A DNA stretch of 64,000 bases from an uncultured bacterium (GTDB lineage: Bacteria; Eisenbacteria; RBG-16-71-46). Positions 8,561 through 18,244 of the stretch are shown here, one piece after another; positions within the stretch are counted from its first letter, which is position 1; the number at the start of each line of letters is the position of its first letter. The translations under genes and the position numbers were made by a program. The notes under the pieces were generated by a model. That model ran no database searches. It was not told the origin of the DNA and saw nothing but the letters and a program-made list of their open reading frames with translations. Location of the stretch: NCBI GenBank assembly GCA_964609125.1, contig CAZSQX010000001.1:54459-118458 (forward strand). Reading direction: 5' to 3'.

Positions 8561-11088
8561 GCGCCGCTCGCCTGGCCGGCGCGCTGCCGCCCGCCGCGGG
8601 GCTCCTCGTCGCGCTCCTGCTCGAGCACGGCGCGCTCGCGGGCTGGCCGGGGCCGCTTCGGCTGGCGCTCGCCTTCGGCGTGCTCGTGCTGCTCCCCGGC
8701 TTCGGCTGGCTGCGGGCGATCGGCGTGCAGCCGCCGGGCGGCTCGGGGCTCGCCGCCGGCTGGGCGCTCGGGCTGGGGCTCGCATGGTGGGGCGTCGGCG
8801 CGCTGCTGACACGCGTCGCGGCGCTCCCGTTCATCGTGCTCGGCCTCGCCGGCGCGCCGTGGGCGGTGCTGCCCTGGCTCGCCGCGGCGGTGGTGGCGCC
8901 GCGGGAGCGGCGGCCGGCCCCGGCGCTGGGGCGCGGCGCGCTCCTGGCCATCGCGCTCGCCGCGTTCTTCGCGTTCGTGCACGTTGCGGGCTCCCCGCCG
9001 CCGCTCACCGCCTACAGCGACTCGCCCGACCACCTCGGCACCATCCGCCGCATGCTCGCGGGCGGCGACGCGTTCCCGGCGGACGCGTTCTTCCGCGACG
9101 CGGGTCGCGCGGGCGTGGACCCGCGCAAGGGTCTCTGGCACCCGGGCGTGGCGGCCTTGTGCGCGCTCGCGCGCGTGGACCCGGTGGACGCCTGGCGCGG
9201 GCTCGCGGCGCTCCTCGCCCCGCTCTTCGTGCTGAATGCGGCCGCGTTCGCGTTCCTGTTGGGCGGCGGGCTCGCGGCCGCGGCGGGGGCGTGGGGACTG
9301 CTGCTCGCCTACGGGGGCGGGCTCGGCACCCAGTACCTGGCCGAGGCGGTGTTCGCCACCAAGCTCGCCGACCAGCTCGCGCTGGCCACGCTCGCGGCGC
9401 TGCTTCAGGACCTCGAGCAGCGCACGGCCCGCACCCGCCTCGCGTTCGTGGGGCTCGCGCTCGGCACGGTGCTCGTGCACGTGTTCGGCGCGATCCAGTT
9501 CGCGATCACGTTCGCGGCGCTGGGGCTCGGCCTGCTGGTGCGCGATCGCGGTGCGTCCCGCCCGCTGGCGCGGCTCGCGGCCAGCTCGCTGGCCGGCGCG
9601 CTCGCGCTGGCGCCGTACCTGGGCTGGCGCGCCCAGCAGGCGTACGCCCCGGTCAACGTCATCCACACCCAGACCCAGGGCATGCTCGAGCTGGCGCCGG
9701 GAGTGAGCATCGTCTCGTTCGGAGCGTGGTGGGACTGGCTCGGTCCGGCGTGGATCCTGTTCCCGCTCTCGCTGCTCGCGTGGCGGCGCGCGTCGGGCTC
9801 GCTCGCCGTGCTCGCGCTGCTCTCGACGACGCTGGCCGTGAGCGTGCTCATGTTCGTCCCGCCCGTGGCGGCGCTGCTCGAGCCGCGGCTCGGCTACCTG
9901 CTCATGCGCCTGCCCTGGCTCCTGCCCGCGTCGGCGGCGGTGGCGTTCCTGGTGGTCGCGATGCGCGACGCGTGGGTATCCGGGCGGCGCGCGTCGGCGG
10001 GGTTCGCGGCGGCGGCGCTCGTAGCCGGGCTCGCGGGCCCGGCCGCGGACGCGGTCCGCGCCTTCGCACCCCGCGGCCCGGCGCCGGCCGCGGGTCCGGC
10101 CAGCGTGTCACGCTGGGCGGACGCGCTGGCGTGGATGGACCGCGAGCTGCCCGAAGGCTCCGTGATCCTGTCCGATCCCGCGACCAGCTACGCCGTGCCC
10201 ATGCTCACGCGCCACTGGGTCACCTGCCTCGCCGACCAGCACAGCTCGCCGAACGACTCGCTCGCGCTCGCGCGCATCCTGGACGCGCGGGACGCGCTCG
10301 ACCCCTGGGCGGACTGGCGGCGCACGGCGGACGTGGTGCGGCGCTGGGGCGCGACCGCGGTCGCGCTGAACGGACGTTTCGAAGAGCCGTTGCAGCTCGA
10401 CTACTGGTCCGCGAGCCGCGAATGGTACGCCGCCGCGCGCGCCCGGCTCGAGCGCGCGCCCGCGGCGTTCGAGCGCGTCCACGAGCGCGACCGGTTCACC
10501 GTGTACGTCATCCACCGCCCCGAGCTGGAGCTGCTCGAGGGCGGCGCCACGCCACGCGCCGTCGTGCGCCCCGCGAACCGCAACGACCGGCCGCGGCCGA
10601 TGGGGTCGGGCCTCCCGGGCCTGGTCGCGTTCCGCCTCGGCGCGACGCAGGCCGCGCGCGGCGACACGCTCGCGGGGCGGATCGAATGGCGCGCCGGGGG
10701 ACGGCTCGATCCCGGCGCCTACCGCGTCTCGGTGCGCTTCGACCGGGCGCTGCCGGCGGGCGTCCCGCGCGCCCCGGCCGCGGTCTCGAAGCCCTGGCGG
10801 AAGCTGGTCGAGCGCCAGCGCGGCGAGCGCTACCGGTTCCGCGCCGACCACCTCCCGACCGGAGGAGCCTATGGCGTGGACCACTGGGCGGTGGATGAGG
10901 TGGTGCTGGACGCGTTCCGGATCGTCGTCCCGCACGACGTGGCCCCGGGTGACTACACCGTGAAGGTGGCCATGACCCGCCAGCCGCACTACCCCAACCT
11001 GCGCCTGCGCGACCTGCTGAGCGACGACGACCTCCTCGACGGCCTCGAGGTGGGCCGGCTCCAGGTCGTGGGCGGGGGAGGACGCTGA
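8557..11088 (+). CDS. large polytopic membrane protein with C-terminal soluble domain; putative GT-C-fold glycosyltransferase/polymerase (YfhO/ArnT-like architecture)
   Basis: ATG at 8557 in ATGA overlap with the wzx stop. About 843 aa: roughly 500 aa of TM helices, then a hydrophilic domain. No stops and a good hydrophobic periodicity. Confidence 0.65.
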   Translation: MSAARLAGALPPAAGLLVALLLEHGALAGWPGPLRLALAFGVLVLLPGFGWLRAIGVQPPGGSGLAAGWALGLGLAWWGVGALLTRVAALPFIVLGLAGAPWAVLPWLAAAVVAPRERRPAPALGRGALLAIALAAFFAFVHVAGSPPPLTAYSDSPDHLGTIRRMLAGGDAFPADAFFRDAGRAGVDPRKGLWHPGVAALCALARVDPVDAWRGLAALLAPLFVLNAAAFAFLLGGGLAAAAGAWGLLLAYGGGLGTQYLAEAVFATKLADQLALATLAALLQDLEQRTARTRLAFVGLALGTVLVHVFGAIQFAITFAALGLGLLVRDRGASRPLARLAASSLAGALALAPYLGWRAQQAYAPVNVIHTQTQGMLELAPGVSIVSFGAWWDWLGPAWILFPLSLLAWRRASGSLAVLALLSTTLAVSVLMFVPPVAALLEPRLGYLLMRLPWLLPASAAVAFLVVAMRDAWVSGRRASAGFAAAALVAGLAGPAADAVRAFAPRGPAPAAGPASVSRWADALAWMDRELPEGSVILSDPATSYAVPMLTRHWVTCLADQHSSPNDSLALARILDARDALDPWADWRRTADVVRRWGATAVALNGRFEEPLQLDYWSASREWYAAARARLERAPAAFERVHERDRFTVYVIHRPELELLEGGATPRAVVRPANRNDRPRPMGSGLPGLVAFRLGATQAARGDTLAGRIEWRAGGRLDPGAYRVSVRFDRALPAGVPRAPAAVSKPWRKLVERQRGERYRFRADHLPTGGAYGVDHWAVDEVVLDAFRIVVPHDVAPGDYTVKVAMTRQPHYPNLRLRDLLSDDDLLDGLEVGRLQVVGGGGR

Positions 11089-11090
11089 GC

Positions 11091-13031
11091 ATGTGCGGCA
11101 TCAACGGCGTGTTCTGGTACCGGGGTGGCGAGGCGGACGCGCGGCTCGTGCAAGCGCAGGCGCGCGCCCAGCGCCACCGCGGACCCGACGACGCCGACGT
11201 CTGGGCGGAGGGGCCGGTGGCGCTCGGCCACCGCCGGCTCGCGGTGGTCGACCTCTCGCCCGGGGGTCGCCAGCCGATCGCCAACGAGGACGGCACGGTG
11301 CACGTGGTGTTCAACGGCGAGCTCTACAACTGGCCGGAGGTCATGCCGCAGCTGGCCGCGCGCGGGCACCGCTTCCGCGGCAGGAGCGACGTCGAGATGC
11401 TGCTCCACCTGTGGGAGGAAAAGGGCCCCGCGCTGGTGGACGACCTGCGCGGCATGTTCGCGTTCGCGCTCCACGACTCGGGACGGCGCACGCTGCTGCT
11501 GGCGCGCGACCGGGCGGGCAAGAAGCCGCTCTACTGGCACGACGACGGCCGGCGGATCGTGTTCGCGAGCGAGTTGAAGAGCCTGCTCGCGGACCCCTCG
11601 GTTCCGCGCGACGTGGACCCGGCCGCGATCGCGGACTACCTGACGTTCCAGTACGTGCCCGCCCCCGGCAGCATCCTCGCGGGGGTGCGCAAGCTGCCCG
11701 CCGGCCACCGTCTGGTGTGCGACGAGCGCGGGCCGCGCGTCGAGCGCTGGTGGGAGCTGCCGTTCACGCCCGACCCCTCGATCTCGGACCGCGACGCCGT
11801 CGAAGGGCTGCGCGAACGGCTGCGCGAGGCCGTGCGCGTGAGGCTCATGTCCGACGTGCCGCTCGGCGCGTTCCTGTCCGGCGGCATCGACTCGAGCGCG
11901 GTGGTCGCGCTCATGACCCGGGTCTCGCCCGCGCGCGTGAAGACGTACAGCATCGGATTCGAGGACGCGGACGTGAGCGAGCTGGAGCACGCGCGCGCGG
12001 TGGCGGCCCACCTCGGCACGGAGCATCACGAGCTCATCGTGCGGCCGCGGGCGCTGGAGCTCCTGCCGCGGCTCGTGTGGGGGCTCGACGAGCCGTTCGC
12101 CGACGCGTCCATGATCCCCACGTTCCACGTCTCCGAGATGGCGCGCCACCACGTCACGGTCGCGCTCTCGGGCGACGGCGGCGACGAGGCGTTCGCCGGC
12201 TACACCACCTACCCGTGGGCCCGGTCCTACGCGCGGGTGGACGCGGTCCCGTGGGCGCTGCGGCGCGCGCTCGGCGTGCCCGGCGCCTGGCTTCCGGGCG
12301 ATCACCCGCTGGGCCGCCGGCTGCGCCGCGCCGCGATGCGCCCCGTGGACCGGCACCTCGAGGCGATGTCGCACTTCCCGCCGCGCGAGCGGCGCGCGGT
12401 GCTCTCGGAGGGGATGCGCGCGGCGGTCGCGGCGCACGAGCCGTGGGCGGTCTCGCGCGCGCTCCACGCGCGCGCGGCGCGCACGCTGGGCGAGGTGCCC
12501 GCGCTGGCCGCGCTCGACGCGCTCACCTACATGACCGACGACGTGCTGGTGAAGGTGGACCGCACGAGCATGCTCAACTCGCTGGAGACGCGTGCGCCGC
12601 TCCTCGACCACCACGTGCTGGAGTGGGCCGCGCGGCTGCCGTTCCACATGAAGCTGCGCGGGGACGTCGGCAAGTGGGTGCTGCGCGAGTGCGTGCGACC
12701 GTGGCTCCCGCCCGCGATCCTCTCGCGCGGCAAGCAGGGTTTCGGCGTGCCGCTCGAGCGCTGGTTCGCCGGCGACTTCGGCCGGCTCGCGCGCGAGGTG
12801 CTGCTCGACCCGCGCACGCGCGGCCGCGGCTGGCTCGACCCGCGCGCCGTGGCCCGTCTGCTGGCGGGCGCCGATCTGCGCGAGGATCTGCGCGCGAAGC
12901 GCGTGTTCACGCTCCTCTGCCTCGAGCTGTGGGCGCGCTGCTACCTCGACCGGCCGCGCTCCGAGCTCGTGGCGCCCACCGACGGTCCGTATCCGCTGCA
13001 CCCGGCCGTCGCGGCGCTGGCGAAGGACTGA
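11091..13031 (+). CDS. asnB: asparagine synthetase family glutamine amidotransferase (AsnB-like, EPS-associated)
   Basis: Starts MCG, the Cys2 nucleophile. PP-loop FLSGGIDSS. 646 aa. Confidence 0.85.
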   Translation: MCGINGVFWYRGGEADARLVQAQARAQRHRGPDDADVWAEGPVALGHRRLAVVDLSPGGRQPIANEDGTVHVVFNGELYNWPEVMPQLAARGHRFRGRSDVEMLLHLWEEKGPALVDDLRGMFAFALHDSGRRTLLLARDRAGKKPLYWHDDGRRIVFASELKSLLADPSVPRDVDPAAIADYLTFQYVPAPGSILAGVRKLPAGHRLVCDERGPRVERWWELPFTPDPSISDRDAVEGLRERLREAVRVRLMSDVPLGAFLSGGIDSSAVVALMTRVSPARVKTYSIGFEDADVSELEHARAVAAHLGTEHHELIVRPRALELLPRLVWGLDEPFADASMIPTFHVSEMARHHVTVALSGDGGDEAFAGYTTYPWARSYARVDAVPWALRRALGVPGAWLPGDHPLGRRLRRAAMRPVDRHLEAMSHFPPRERRAVLSEGMRAAVAAHEPWAVSRALHARAARTLGEVPALAALDALTYMTDDVLVKVDRTSMLNSLETRAPLLDHHVLEWAARLPFHMKLRGDVGKWVLRECVRPWLPPAILSRGKQGFGVPLERWFAGDFGRLAREVLLDPRTRGRGWLDPRAVARLLAGADLREDLRAKRVFTLLCLELWARCYLDRPRSELVAPTDGPYPLHPAVAALAKD

Positions 13032-13034
13032 CGC

Positions 13035-14138
13035 GTGCGACTCGCGGTCCTGATCGGGCACTTCCCGCCGGCGGCCTACGGCGGCGCCGAGCTCCAGGCC
13101 GAGGGCTGGGCCCGGCGGCTGGCCGGCCGACACGAGGTGACGGTGGTCACGCGCGCCGACCACGAACGGCGGCCCGGGCGCGAGTCCCGGGACGGATTCG
13201 AGATCGTGCGACTGCCGGTCTCGCGCGTGCCGGGCTGGAGGACCGTCGCGGACGTCGTGGGCATCGAGCGCGCGCTCGCGCGGATCAAGCCGGGGCCGGA
13301 GCTCCTGCTCTGCTTCCAGACGTTCGTCTCGGGCCTCGCCGGGACGCGGGCCGGCGCTCGGCTCGGCATCCCGGCGGCCGTGTGGATCCGCGGCGAGGCG
13401 GAGTACCGGCTCGGAGACTCGGCGCTCATGCGCGCCCTCTCGCCGCGCGTCTGGGCCGCGGCCGCGGGCGTGCTGGTGCAGAGCGAGGCGAACCGCGCCG
13501 ACCTGCTGGCCGAGCTGGAACGTGTGGCGCCGCGGCTCGCGCCGCGGGTGCGCGAGCGGCTGGAGGTGGTCGAGAACGGGCTCGAGCTGCCGCCGCGGGG
13601 TCCGCGGCCGGACGACGGCCGCGTCGTCACGGTGGGACGACTGATCGCGGACAAAGGGATGGACGTGGTGATCGCGGCCTGCGCGCGCGCCGCGCGTCCG
13701 CTGACGATCGTGGGCGAGGGGCCCGAGCGCGCCGCGCTCGAGACCCGCGCCCGCGCGCTCGCGGCCGACGTGTGCTTCGCCGGGCACGTGAGCCGTGAGG
13801 AGCTGGCCGCGATCTATGCCGGCGCCGGCGCGGTCGTGCTGGCCGCACGCCGCGGTGAGGGGCTCCCCAACGTGCTGCTCGAGGGCATGGCGCACGGCCG
13901 GCCGGTCGTGGCCACGGCCTGCGCCGGGACGCGCGATCTGGTCGTGGACGGCGAGAACGGCGTGATCGTGCCCGCCGGCGACGCCGAGGCGCTGGCGAGC
14001 GTGCTCACCCGCCTGGCCGGCGACGCGCCGTGGCGCGAGCGGCTCGGGGATCGGGCCCGGGCCACGGCCGAGCGCTTCGAGTGGTCGCGCGTCCAGCCCA
14101 GGCTGGAGACGCTTCTCGAACGCTGGCGGCGCGCGTGA
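13035..14138 (+). CDS. GT4 glycosyltransferase
   Basis: GTG at 13035, 3 nt after the asnB stop. C-terminal GT4 motifs RLIADKG and EGLPNVLLEGMAHGRPVVAT. Confidence 0.8.
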   Translation: MRLAVLIGHFPPAAYGGAELQAEGWARRLAGRHEVTVVTRADHERRPGRESRDGFEIVRLPVSRVPGWRTVADVVGIERALARIKPGPELLLCFQTFVSGLAGTRAGARLGIPAAVWIRGEAEYRLGDSALMRALSPRVWAAAAGVLVQSEANRADLLAELERVAPRLAPRVRERLEVVENGLELPPRGPRPDDGRVVTVGRLIADKGMDVVIAACARAARPLTIVGEGPERAALETRARALAADVCFAGHVSREELAAIYAGAGAVVLAARRGEGLPNVLLEGMAHGRPVVATACAGTRDLVVDGENGVIVPAGDAEALASVLTRLAGDAPWRERLGDRARATAERFEWSRVQPRLETLLERWRRA

Positions 14139-15274
14139 GCCGAGCGCCGCGGGTGGCGATGTTCGCCGAGTTCCTCTACCCGGTCGTGAGCGGCGGCCGG
14201 GTGCCGTTCGCGGGCGGCATCGAGGTCCAGCTCGCGCACCTCGGCCGCGGGCTCGCGCGCCGCGGCTTCGACGTGCGCGTGATCACCTGCGACTACGGGC
14301 AGCCGGACCCGTTCGTGGTGGACGGGCTCACCCTGCACAAGGCGTACCCGCCCGCGGGCGGCATCCCTGTCCTGCGTTTCTTCCACCCGCGGCTCACGCT
14401 CGGCCTCTCGGCGTTGTGGCGCGCGGATGCGGACGTGTACCTGTTCCGGGGCGGCTCGATGTGGGCGGGACTCGTCCACGCCGTGGCGCGTGCGCGACGG
14501 CGGCGGTTCGTGTGGCTCACGGGCCACGACCACGACGTTCGCCGCGAGCTGCCCGACGTGCACGGTCCGCGCGACCGCCTGCTCGTGCGCGGCGCGATGC
14601 GCGGCGCGGACGCCATCGTCACGCAGACGCGCGCCCAGCAGGAACGGCTGCTCGCCGACTTCGGCCTGCGCTCGACCGTGCTCATGAACTCGGTCCCGAT
14701 CCCGCCCGAAACCGAGGTGCGCGACTGCGGCGCTGGCGCGGGTCTCGCCTGGCTTTCGACATACCGCGCCGGCAAGCGTCCCGACTGGTTCGTGCGCTTC
14801 GCCGAACGCCACCCGGACGTGCCCTGTCGCATGGCGGGCGTCGTGCCCGGCCCGCCGCAGGGCGATGCGGAGTACCGGCGCGTGCGCGAGAGGGCCGCGG
14901 CGATCCCGAACCTATCGGTGCAGGGCACGCTTCCGCACGAGCAGGTGGGCGCGTTCCTCGCCGGCGCCGCGCTGTTCGCGCACACTTCGCCCGCCGAGGG
15001 CTTCCCGAACACGCTGCTCGAATGCTGGGCCCGCGCGCTCCCCGCGGTCTCGTGCTTCGACCCCGACGGCATCGTCGAGCGCGAGCGGCTCGGCGCCTGC
15101 CGCGACGATTACGACGCCTGGGAGCGCGAGATCGAGCGCCGGCTCGCCGACCCCGCACTGCGCCGCGACGAGGGCCGCCGCGCCCGCGCCTGGGCCGCCG
15201 CCCACCACGCCCCCGAGGTCATCCACGAGGCCCTGGCGACACTGCTGCGGGAGGTCCTGGCCAAGCGGGGGTGA
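14135..15274 (+). CDS. GT4 glycosyltransferase
   Basis: GTG at 14135 in GTGA overlap (alternative ATG at 14159). Motif EGFPNTLLECWARALPAV is GT4-like. Confidence 0.75.
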   Translation: MSRAPRVAMFAEFLYPVVSGGRVPFAGGIEVQLAHLGRGLARRGFDVRVITCDYGQPDPFVVDGLTLHKAYPPAGGIPVLRFFHPRLTLGLSALWRADADVYLFRGGSMWAGLVHAVARARRRRFVWLTGHDHDVRRELPDVHGPRDRLLVRGAMRGADAIVTQTRAQQERLLADFGLRSTVLMNSVPIPPETEVRDCGAGAGLAWLSTYRAGKRPDWFVRFAERHPDVPCRMAGVVPGPPQGDAEYRRVRERAAAIPNLSVQGTLPHEQVGAFLAGAALFAHTSPAEGFPNTLLECWARALPAVSCFDPDGIVERERLGACRDDYDAWEREIERRLADPALRRDEGRRARAWAAAHHAPEVIHEALATLLREVLAKRG

Positions 15275-15278
15275 GGCC

Positions 15279-15321
15279 GCGGCGGTGGCCGCGCCGCGAG
15301 AGCCGACGGCGCCACCGCCGC
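15279..15321. terminator. inverted repeat between convergent genes (candidate bidirectional terminator)
   Basis: An approximately 11-bp stem (15279-15289 gcggcggtggc pairing with 15311-15321 gccaccgccgc) and a 21-nt loop lie in the 58-nt gap between the GT4 stop and the deacetylase stop. There is no U-run. Confidence 0.35.
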
Positions 15322-15332
15322 CCGCTCGAGCC

Positions 15333-16196
15333 CTACAACCACCCCTCCTTCTCGAGGATCTCGCGCATCGTCGTCCACTCGTAGCGCTCGAACAGCCGCT
15401 CGAGCTTGGTCATCACGGTGTGCAGGTTCACGTACGTGATGAACCCGTTCACCGGGTCGAGCGGCAGCCGGCGTGCCTCCGGCGCCACCTCGCGCGGATG
15501 CAGGTAGAGCACGAACGGCCGGTGCCGCAGGATGAAGTCCAGCCCGGCGCGGAACACCCACAGCGGCAGCGCGCGCAGGTAGAACCCGCCACCCACCGGG
15601 AAGCGGACCCCCTGGAACTCGGCGATCGCCACCGGGAACTCCACAAGCTCGCCGCGAGGGTCGTGATCGCGGAGGTCCTCGCGGGACGGCCGGTAGATGC
15701 CCACCGGAGCCCCCGGCGTGCCGTAGAGCTTCACCTTCATCGGAAACACGCTGCTGTCGTAGCGGTATCCCTCGCTCCTCAGCACGTCGAGCGCCCAGGC
15801 GTTCGAGCGGTCGATGCTGAACGTGGGCGCGCGGAAGCCGATGACCGGGAACGAGCCCAGCACGCCCTCGACCGCGGCCCGGAACTCGCGCAGCTCCGCC
15901 CGGAACGAGGCCGGGTCCGCGCGCCACACCGGCCGGTGCGACATGCCGTGGCAGGCCAGCTCGTGCCCCTCGTCCACCATGCGGCGGATGAGCCCGGGGT
16001 GCGCGCGGACCACGTCGCCCAGGACGAAGAACGTGCTCCGCCAACCGTGGCGGGCGAGCAGGTCGAGGATGGCCTCGGTGCCCCGCTCCACGATGCTCTC
16101 CTCGGGCCGGGCGTCGCCCACGCGGTGCAGCTCGCTGTGGTGCCAGTCCTCGATGTCGAACGAGAACGCCGCGCGGTGGGGGAACCTGGGGCTCAC
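15333..16196 (-). CDS. polysaccharide deacetylase, exosortase/PEP-CTERM-locus subfamily-like
   Basis: GTG at 16196 overlaps the upstream stop (GTGA). The N-terminus AAFSFDIEDWHH matches the hallmark start of that subfamily. NodB-like His/Asp residues are present. 287 aa. Confidence 0.8.
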   Translation of the reverse strand: MSPRFPHRAAFSFDIEDWHHSELHRVGDARPEESIVERGTEAILDLLARHGWRSTFFVLGDVVRAHPGLIRRMVDEGHELACHGMSHRPVWRADPASFRAELREFRAAVEGVLGSFPVIGFRAPTFSIDRSNAWALDVLRSEGYRYDSSVFPMKVKLYGTPGAPVGIYRPSREDLRDHDPRGELVEFPVAIAEFQGVRFPVGGGFYLRALPLWVFRAGLDFILRHRPFVLYLHPREVAPEARRLPLDPVNGFITYVNLHTVMTKLERLFERYEWTTMREILEKEGWL

Positions 16197-18244
16197 GGCC
16201 GGCGACGGTACACGCGATGGGTCGGGGTGGCGTAGACGCGCTCGAACCGCGCGCTGTCCGCCTCGAGCGCGGTCCACGGGGCGGCGTCCGGGAAGTCCTC
16301 GATCCGGTAGAGCACGTACACCGGGGCCCCGAGCGCGTCCAGGAGCTCGACATCCCGGTCGAGCCCGGTCGCCGGGCCGAAGAGATCCGCCATCACTTCG
16401 CGACGGCGGGCCAGCTCCGAGACGGAGAACGCCGTGCGCTCGGCGGGGTGCGGCGTGCCGGCCAGCAGCCGGCGGCGTCCCTCCACGAGCAGAACGTCCC
16501 GCGAGCGGTTGTCCACGAACACCGCCCGCGCCGGCGTCGCGCTGCGGACCCAGGCGTACAGATCGCGATCGCCCGGGGCGCGGCGCGTCTCCGGCGCCGC
16601 GGCGGCCGACGGATCCGCCAGGAACCCGCGCAGGAACAGGGCGGAAGGCAGGACGAACGCGACACCCACCGCGAGCGCCGCCCCGATGCGGCCGAGCCGT
16701 GCGCGCCACGCCGCCAGCAACCCCGGCAGGCCGGCCGCACCGAGGATCGCGAGCGGCGCGAACACCTGCCAGACGAACTTCACCTCGTTGGATTCCGGGA
16801 GGTGGACGAAGAGCGCGAAGCCGACCATGGCCGCGGTCCAGGCCACGAGCCACACGCCCGCGACCCGGCCCTCGGCGACCACGCGCCGTACGCCGGCCAT
16901 GGCCGCCCACGCGGCCAGCCCGCAGGCCGTGACCAGCGTCCACGGCATCTCCCACCCGAATCGAAGGTAGTGGTGCTCGAACCCCGACCGGTCCGCCTGC
17001 CAGCCGCGCATCATCATCCGGAAGTAGGGCAGCGTGAGCGCGAGCCCTGCCGCGAGCGCGCCCGCCAGCGCCAGCGCGCGACGCGGATCCGCGAGCTCGC
17101 GCCGGCCCGCGCCGAGCAGCGCCAGGGCCGCGCACGCCGCGATTCCCACGGGCACGGCGGACAGGCCGACGACGCTGTGGAAGAGCATCATGCCTGCCGC
17201 GGCGCACGCCGCCACGAGCAGCCAGCGCCACGCCGGCGGCGAACCCTCGGGGCGCTCCTCCCGGCCCGCGGCCAGCCAGCGGCCGCCTGCCCACAGCGAC
17301 ACCAACAGCAGCAGGTAGGCGTAGCCGAGCGCCGTGCCGATCGTGAACTTGTCCCAGCTGTTCACCATCCAGGCGAACGGCGCGCGGAGCTGGTAGAGGA
17401 CGTCGGTGCGGTCCCAGGCGGCGCCTTCCCAGATGCGCGCCACCTCGGCCGCCCCGCGCACCTCGCCCCGGAACGCGCGCAGGAACCAGAGCGGCCACAG
17501 CAGGAGCGCCCCCGCGTTGAGTCCGGTGAGGAGGAGCGGGAGCGCCGGGCGCGCCGTGCGGTGCTCCCGCCACACGAGCCATGACAGCTGCCAGGCCAGC
17601 CACACCTGTGCGCCGATCCACACGACGTTGGCCGTGGCCATGGTCGTGAATGGGCGTGGATCGGCGCGCAACGAGCTCGCGAGCGCGATGAACAGGTTGT
17701 AGAACCACACGTACGCGAGCGGATGTCCGGCGAGGCGCGGGTCCTCGGGCCACACGCCACGCGTCGCGATCTCCCACACGATCCCGGCGTGAACCCACGT
17801 GTCGCTCCGCACCCGCACCCACGGCGAGGCGAGGAGCGGCAGCGCCACGAACGCGGCCGCCGCGACCGCCCACGCCCACGCCGCGCGCGAGGCCGGCGCG
17901 TCGCCGGGGCCGGCGGCGGGCTCCACGAGCGCGCGCGCCTCCCCGCTCGCGAACAGCAGCCAGCTCCCGACGGCCACCAGCCGGGCCGCGGCCGGAAGCG
18001 GCTGTCCGGACTGGAGCAGGGCCCAGCCGAACACGGACGCGGCGAACGGGGCCAGCACCACGCCCAGCGTCCACCGGGTCGCCGCCGGAGCGCCGGGCAG
18101 GAGGAGCCGGACCCACGCCAGTCCGGGGAACACGCCGAGCCAGACGAAGCCCGCCACGTCGCCGGCCGGCCCCGGCACGAACAGCCCCGCGGCCCCGAGC
18201 GCGAACGTGGCCGCGATCGGCCCGAGCCGGCCCGCGAGCCTCAA
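16193..18244 (-). CDS. large polytopic membrane protein, same architecture as 8557..11088 (putative GT-C-like)
   Basis: In-frame TTG at 18244 forms a TTGA overlap with the GT39 stop. The longer in-frame extension up to 19192 is Arg/Gly-rich junk. About 683 aa, multi-TM plus a C-terminal soluble domain. Confidence 0.6.
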   Translation of the reverse strand: MRLAGRLGPIAATFALGAAGLFVPGPAGDVAGFVWLGVFPGLAWVRLLLPGAPAATRWTLGVVLAPFAASVFGWALLQSGQPLPAAARLVAVGSWLLFASGEARALVEPAAGPGDAPASRAAWAWAVAAAAFVALPLLASPWVRVRSDTWVHAGIVWEIATRGVWPEDPRLAGHPLAYVWFYNLFIALASSLRADPRPFTTMATANVVWIGAQVWLAWQLSWLVWREHRTARPALPLLLTGLNAGALLLWPLWFLRAFRGEVRGAAEVARIWEGAAWDRTDVLYQLRAPFAWMVNSWDKFTIGTALGYAYLLLLVSLWAGGRWLAAGREERPEGSPPAWRWLLVAACAAAGMMLFHSVVGLSAVPVGIAACAALALLGAGRRELADPRRALALAGALAAGLALTLPYFRMMMRGWQADRSGFEHHYLRFGWEMPWTLVTACGLAAWAAMAGVRRVVAEGRVAGVWLVAWTAAMVGFALFVHLPESNEVKFVWQVFAPLAILGAAGLPGLLAAWRARLGRIGAALAVGVAFVLPSALFLRGFLADPSAAAAPETRRAPGDRDLYAWVRSATPARAVFVDNRSRDVLLVEGRRRLLAGTPHPAERTAFSVSELARRREVMADLFGPATGLDRDVELLDALGAPVYVLYRIEDFPDAAPWTALEADSARFERVYATPTHRVYRRRP